Both the position numbers and the translations under genes were made by a program. Below, one piece after another: positions 59,531-64,000 of a DNA stretch of 64,000 nt; the stretch's first letter is position 1, and every line of letters begins with the position of its first letter. The stretch comes from Macrostomum lignano (taxonomy: Eukaryota): NCBI GenBank assembly GCA_002269645.1, contig NIVC01000217.1, forward strand, positions 682,001-746,000. The letters run 5' to 3'. The notes below the pieces were generated by a model. That model had not been told where the DNA came from. It worked only from the letters and a program-made list of their open reading frames with translations, and ran no database searches.

Positions 59531-60612
59531 TTCACATGAAACTGTGTGCTGTGACTCTTGGGAAGAATTACTATCATTTCGAAGCTTACGGGGGCTAGCT
59601 GAGATGTCAAGGCTCACGGGTGAATAACTGAGGTCAAGGCTAAAGTCAGGACTCAGAACCTACATGTAGTTTATTCAAAACTTTTTATTACATTATTTGT
59701 TGGGCTCCTCACGTGGGGGGGGGTCTTCATGTAAAAAATAAAAGAAGCGTCATGTCGAAGTTAAGAGATTCATTTGGGAATACCAACGATGTCGAGGCTT
59801 GCTGGGAATCGCTATAATGTTGCAGTGCTATAATGACTCTTGGGGAGAATTACTGAAATGTTAATGATTTAGGATTAGGGTTGCATGGGGTTAGAAGTTT
59901 GACAGGAGATTTTTTTAAGATTTAAGTCTACAAGTAACTAATTAAAAAACGTGCATTGCATTTCTTTGGCTCCCCAACGGGGGGCGTAGATTGCTAGTAG
60001 TTTTTATAACATTAGACGCATTCGAATTTTTCATCGAAAAGCGCTATCTGCATGACCACGGGAAAATACAGTTTTACTAATTTAGCAGAAATTGGCCAGG
60101 CAGTTCTGGAAAAAATCAAATACAGCCACTTATAATTCAAAACAGCGCAAAATGAGTAGACAGACTGCATTTTTAAGAGTCTCTGACTCCTTTTAATGTA
60201 CAGACCATGCGAACTGATTTACGCGCTTACACACTCCACCTCTTTCTATCGATTTTATCTTTGGGGCGATATCGCCTTTAAACATGGACGCTCCATCATT
60301 CGCTCGAGCCCTGACCTACGTCTGGCTCTGATATTTCGCATGTTTTGCTTAACCAAAATTAAATTCATTTTTGGATGTATAATTTTTGTCCGATTTGAAG
60401 AAAAGCTGTGTAATAAGGGAAGAGAAGATAAAAAACGTGTGCATTTTTTGCTAGTTAATATTTTTGTTATTATCCATCACGAATTAAAGGTGTTGCATTG
60501 GCCGCATACTCTTGCACGATCACTACGCAGTTGTACAACTTTTACTTCCAAAACGATAATGCAACCGAAGTCGCATGCAATGTTATAATTGTAACTCAGA
60601 TGTCGCATACGC

Positions 60613-60828
60613 TCAAGGGCATGAACAGCAGAAGCACCTGCCAAACCAGTAGGGGTACGACCAGTGTCTCTTCCAGCCGTGGCAGCTGCGGCAGCGCTCG
60701 TCCCGCTTTCCCGGATTGTTGAACCAACATCCCCCATCTCCGACGCCATCGAGTTTGTTGCACGCGCCGCTTATTGGGTGCACCAGGACTGCCGTAAGAC
60801 TTAGGAAAAGGAGGAGTGTCGGTAACAT
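60613..60828 (-). CDS. Small secreted cysteine-rich cationic peptide (defensin-like candidate)
   Basis: ATG at 60828 just after tttcag; signal peptide MLPTLLLFLSLTAVLVHPISG; 50-aa mature region with 8 Cys and 4 Trp; GC-rich coding island in AT-rich flanks. Confidence 0.7.
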   Translation of the reverse strand: MLPTLLLFLSLTAVLVHPISGACNKLDGVGDGGCWFNNPGKRDERCRSCHGWKRHWSYPYWFGRCFCCSCP

Positions 60829-62329
60829 TCTGAAAGGGTTAAACAACAGGGGAACGCCTACTTGCATTTACTTGAATAAAACAAGCCGGGAAAATATACA
60901 GCCACTTTGAGACCAACAAGAAAATGTTATTGGGTGCCCAAGTATGCTGCACAGATTCATGAAGGCTTGAAATGGAACAAGCAGGGAAAATATGATTTTT
61001 AATTGACGAATCATCTGCGACTCAACCTTTGTTACTGATTTTGAAATAATTACACTTGGCCTGGTGAGAGCAGCTTTGACTAAAGGGGAAGGAGCGAGCG
61101 ATGGGATGGGATGGGATGGGATGGGATGGGATGGGAGCGATGGGATGGGAGAGCGATGGGGAAGCAGGGAGAAGAGTTCAGAGGGCTAGACAGTTGCTAT
61201 AAGTGCACATGCCTGCATGTGCACGTGACGGCACCAAAAACGAACTCATAATTATTTATAGGATAGGAAAATATTCCAATGTGGTAAATTTATGCAACCA
61301 GCACGCCAGGAAAAGGTAAAATAATTTTTAGGAATCTATTGGCTGATTTTAAGATCAATTTGATGTATGTGGCATGCACGTGTTCTCGGAAATTCTATGA
61401 AGCATAATCCATAACTAATAAGTGAGATGCATAATAAATATTTAGCCATTTAAATGCTGCTTGGATGAGGCAAAAAATAAAGCATGGAATTTTGGGCTTT
61501 AAGTTGGCCACAAAATCCTACTGACCTGGAGGCGGCTCAAGTGAGGCACACAATTCATGGTACAGCCTGAGAAAATGACTCACCTGTGCTGAATTATTGC
61601 TGAGTTGGTGGCTTATTTCTATGACTCACTTAGCTGTCGAAGAGTCTCAAGTTTTCTGCAGAGACCGCGAGATGCATTTATAGAGGCCGCTGGAGTTAGG
61701 AATTTCCGAGTTTTCGAGCCACTCAAATTCCAGTTATTTGCGGCTGGAATTTCAAGCAATTTTCATTTCGATACATCTGCATGAATTCATAGCCTTTAAG
61801 TCCTTCCCATGAATTGAATTGAGATCAAATAATAGACATGTTATTTCAGTTTCAATGTTGATGCTGAGTTGAAATTATAAAATCAATAGTTTCTAAAAAC
61901 AAAATAATTTTTTTTAATTTTTTTTTGAATTTTTGACCGAGCAAATTAAAAAAAAAGTTAACCGACAGAATTTGAATGCAATTCAAGTCGCTGAGCTGTA
62001 GAAGATAATGAAAAATGAAGTTTCTTCAATTTTACTTTTTGCACCAAATTTATGCAGCGAATTTTCTCCTTTGGTGCAAAGCCCTGGTGGGTTAAACTGA
62101 TTGACTGAACTGATGGCTGTATGAGATTATACTTTTGCGCCCAATTTTTATCTGAGCAATGCTCAAAGCGATGAAGAGTGCGGGATGAGATGTCCTTCAA
62201 TCCAATGGAAAGCCGTCACGGCTGCAGACTGGCCAAGTGTGGGTTGGGGATCTGAGGCTTGGGCTTCAAAAATAACTGAGCTGTATGCGCAACTGCGGTT
62301 CCGCTTGCACAACCGACGGCGGCTCTTGC

Positions 62330-63800
62330 CCTGCTGTTTTTGCTCCGCTGTGATGGTCCGTCGGTGACTCGGTGCTTGCTGTTTGAAGACGATCGAGGGG
62401 CAGGTGGAGTCCAAGCATCAGTTCTGTCGGCGCGGCGACTTCCTGGTTAGCGCGTGCTCGGATGACCGATAAGTCAGCAGCAGCTCCTGAACCGCCTGCC
62501 TCACCGGCACGCCGTCAGCGAGAAAGGCCAGCTTAGAGATCCTCAAGAAGCCATTGAACCTCTCGACTCCGCCATTCTGCTGAGAAGTAGAAAGGGCAGT
62601 ATAACGGAGTCCAACGGTGCTTGGCTTCGAAGAGCCTGCGAAGGGCTTCGATACAGGCAGTTGCAGATACAGATGAAGATGCGATGATCTCAGGCCACTT
62701 GGAGATGGTTGACTACAGTGAAAAATCGATGGGACTGCGGCTCCTCGGCTGCCGGCAACTCTTCAACCATGTCGACTTAGATTTCGCCATGGACCCACTG
62801 GTAGCTCCGTCGCTGACCATGAGACCTTGATTGGGTTGAACATCTTCTCGAACAGGACGCAGGCGCTGCAGCTCCGCACAAAGGTTTTCACGTCACTATC
62901 GCTACACGGCCACCAGACCGTGACCTTGGTTTGTAGTTCAGAACATTGCCCCATTAGTCATAGCAAATGTTGAAGGTGCAGCCGCTGAACTCTCCGCTGA
63001 AGCTACCAGACGGTGATGATGAAGCAACAGACGATGCAGTCAGGCCATTGGCGGCAAGCACTGCACTGCTGCAATGTCCACTGCGACTGATCGCATGAGA
63101 TATGTTGGTCAGTCATGGCTCCGTCTCGTTGAAACAACAGTGAAACGACAATTTATATGGGTTTTTCCCATATTATCGTTTCCTTCTGCCAACAGTTCAG
63201 GAAGACAACGAACAATGGACCTCGATGGTAACTTTCTCTGTGTGATCTCTAGAGTCACATTCTCAAACTTCAGGCGAGGATCTTTCCTCTTCAATCAGTA
63301 TATTTTATAAGATAGCACACTGTACGCGAGCAACGAGGAATAGGAGCAGTAGGGAGAGAGAGTGGGATTTCGAGGCCCAATAGGCAGTGTCGGTCAGAGG
63401 TTGTGCATGCATCACGCGAGGGTCGCATGGCTGGGCTTCTTGCTCGCCGATCATCAGGACTTTTTTTAGGCATGCAGATCTTGTGCATCTGGGGAGTTGC
63501 TGCCAAGGCTGGATGCTTGTTCACGCATCACGCGCGTGTCGGCTGATTTCTCCCATCCTCTTGCTAACGGCGCCTTCGTTTCACTTCAACAGAACGATGA
63601 CCAGTCACCTCCACAGTGTCCTCCAATGAAAACCCGGCATTGTGCAGCTCCGTGACAACAGTTGCTCTGATGCAATGAGGTGTATGTTTCCTCGACAGCT
63701 CGGCCTTTCTCAGAAATGGTCCGCATCATCGTACCTAGCGTGTTGTGTCTAACAGCCTGCTTACCGAAATAGCACGGGTTGATGTAGTTTACGGCCATGG
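62330..63800 (-). mobile_element. Decayed Gypsy-like pol remnant (RNase H/integrase)
   Basis: WWP..DSDVKTFVRSCSAC (integrase zinc finger), GPW, QNGGVERFNGFL, LLTYRS; many disruptions. Confidence 0.7.
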
Positions 63801-63897
63801 CCGCAAAAAGACTGCACTGCTCGGAACACCTTTCAAGTACTTATCAGTCGAAATCTTCTCCACGTACTCATTAAATGATTAAACCAGCAAAAAGGAG

Positions 63898-64000
63898 TTA
63901 CTTACTTACTTACTACTGACGGGGGGCGCAGGCGCCGCGAATAGGCCGCGAGGCCCCTATCGCAACCCCAAGGTAAAAGAGCACAAGGATTAGCCTTGGG
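63898..64000 (-). mobile_element. Possible 3' end of an RTE-like LINE
   Basis: GC-rich segment ending in a (TAAG)n tail on the minus strand, cut by the window edge. Confidence 0.35.

Noticed and set aside
59868-59900. Interstitial telomeric repeat
   Set aside because: Only one exact TTAGGG; consistent with chance.

Overview
Eukaryotic (animal) genomic DNA. The GC-rich exons, minisatellite-filled introns and element content resemble a free-living flatworm such as Macrostomum, but that assignment is inference only. (1) 1-13.9 kb holds the 3' five exons of a TECPR2-like beta-propeller gene ending in a LIR-type motif (DWELV*). Each of its four introns is filled by a different tandem repeat, so the giant Ser/Val/Cys/Leu ORFs are artefacts. 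(2) 17-40.4 kb is a birth-and-death cluster of secreted PAN/apple + LamG/ConA-like genes: two identical intact copies, one frameshifted copy, one PAN-only copy and one inverted pseudogene. These are interleaved with a short TRPM-like channel gene. A near-identical ~7.5 kb tandem duplication with a templated-insertion junction fuses the second channel copy to a (RKGRH)n polybasic tail. (3) 40.6-60 kb is a nested repeat stack: two diverged ~1.5 kb CCAAT/TATA-bearing repeats around a 28S rRNA pseudogene, an R2-like RT remnant split by a solo LTR, and a 23-bp satellite hosting a decayed DIRS/Ngaro element and a BEL/Pao element with identical LTRs. (4) 60.6-64 kb holds a small secreted 8-cysteine cationic peptide gene (defensin-like candidate) plus Gypsy and RTE remnants. 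All homology calls come from motif recognition by eye; no searches were run.
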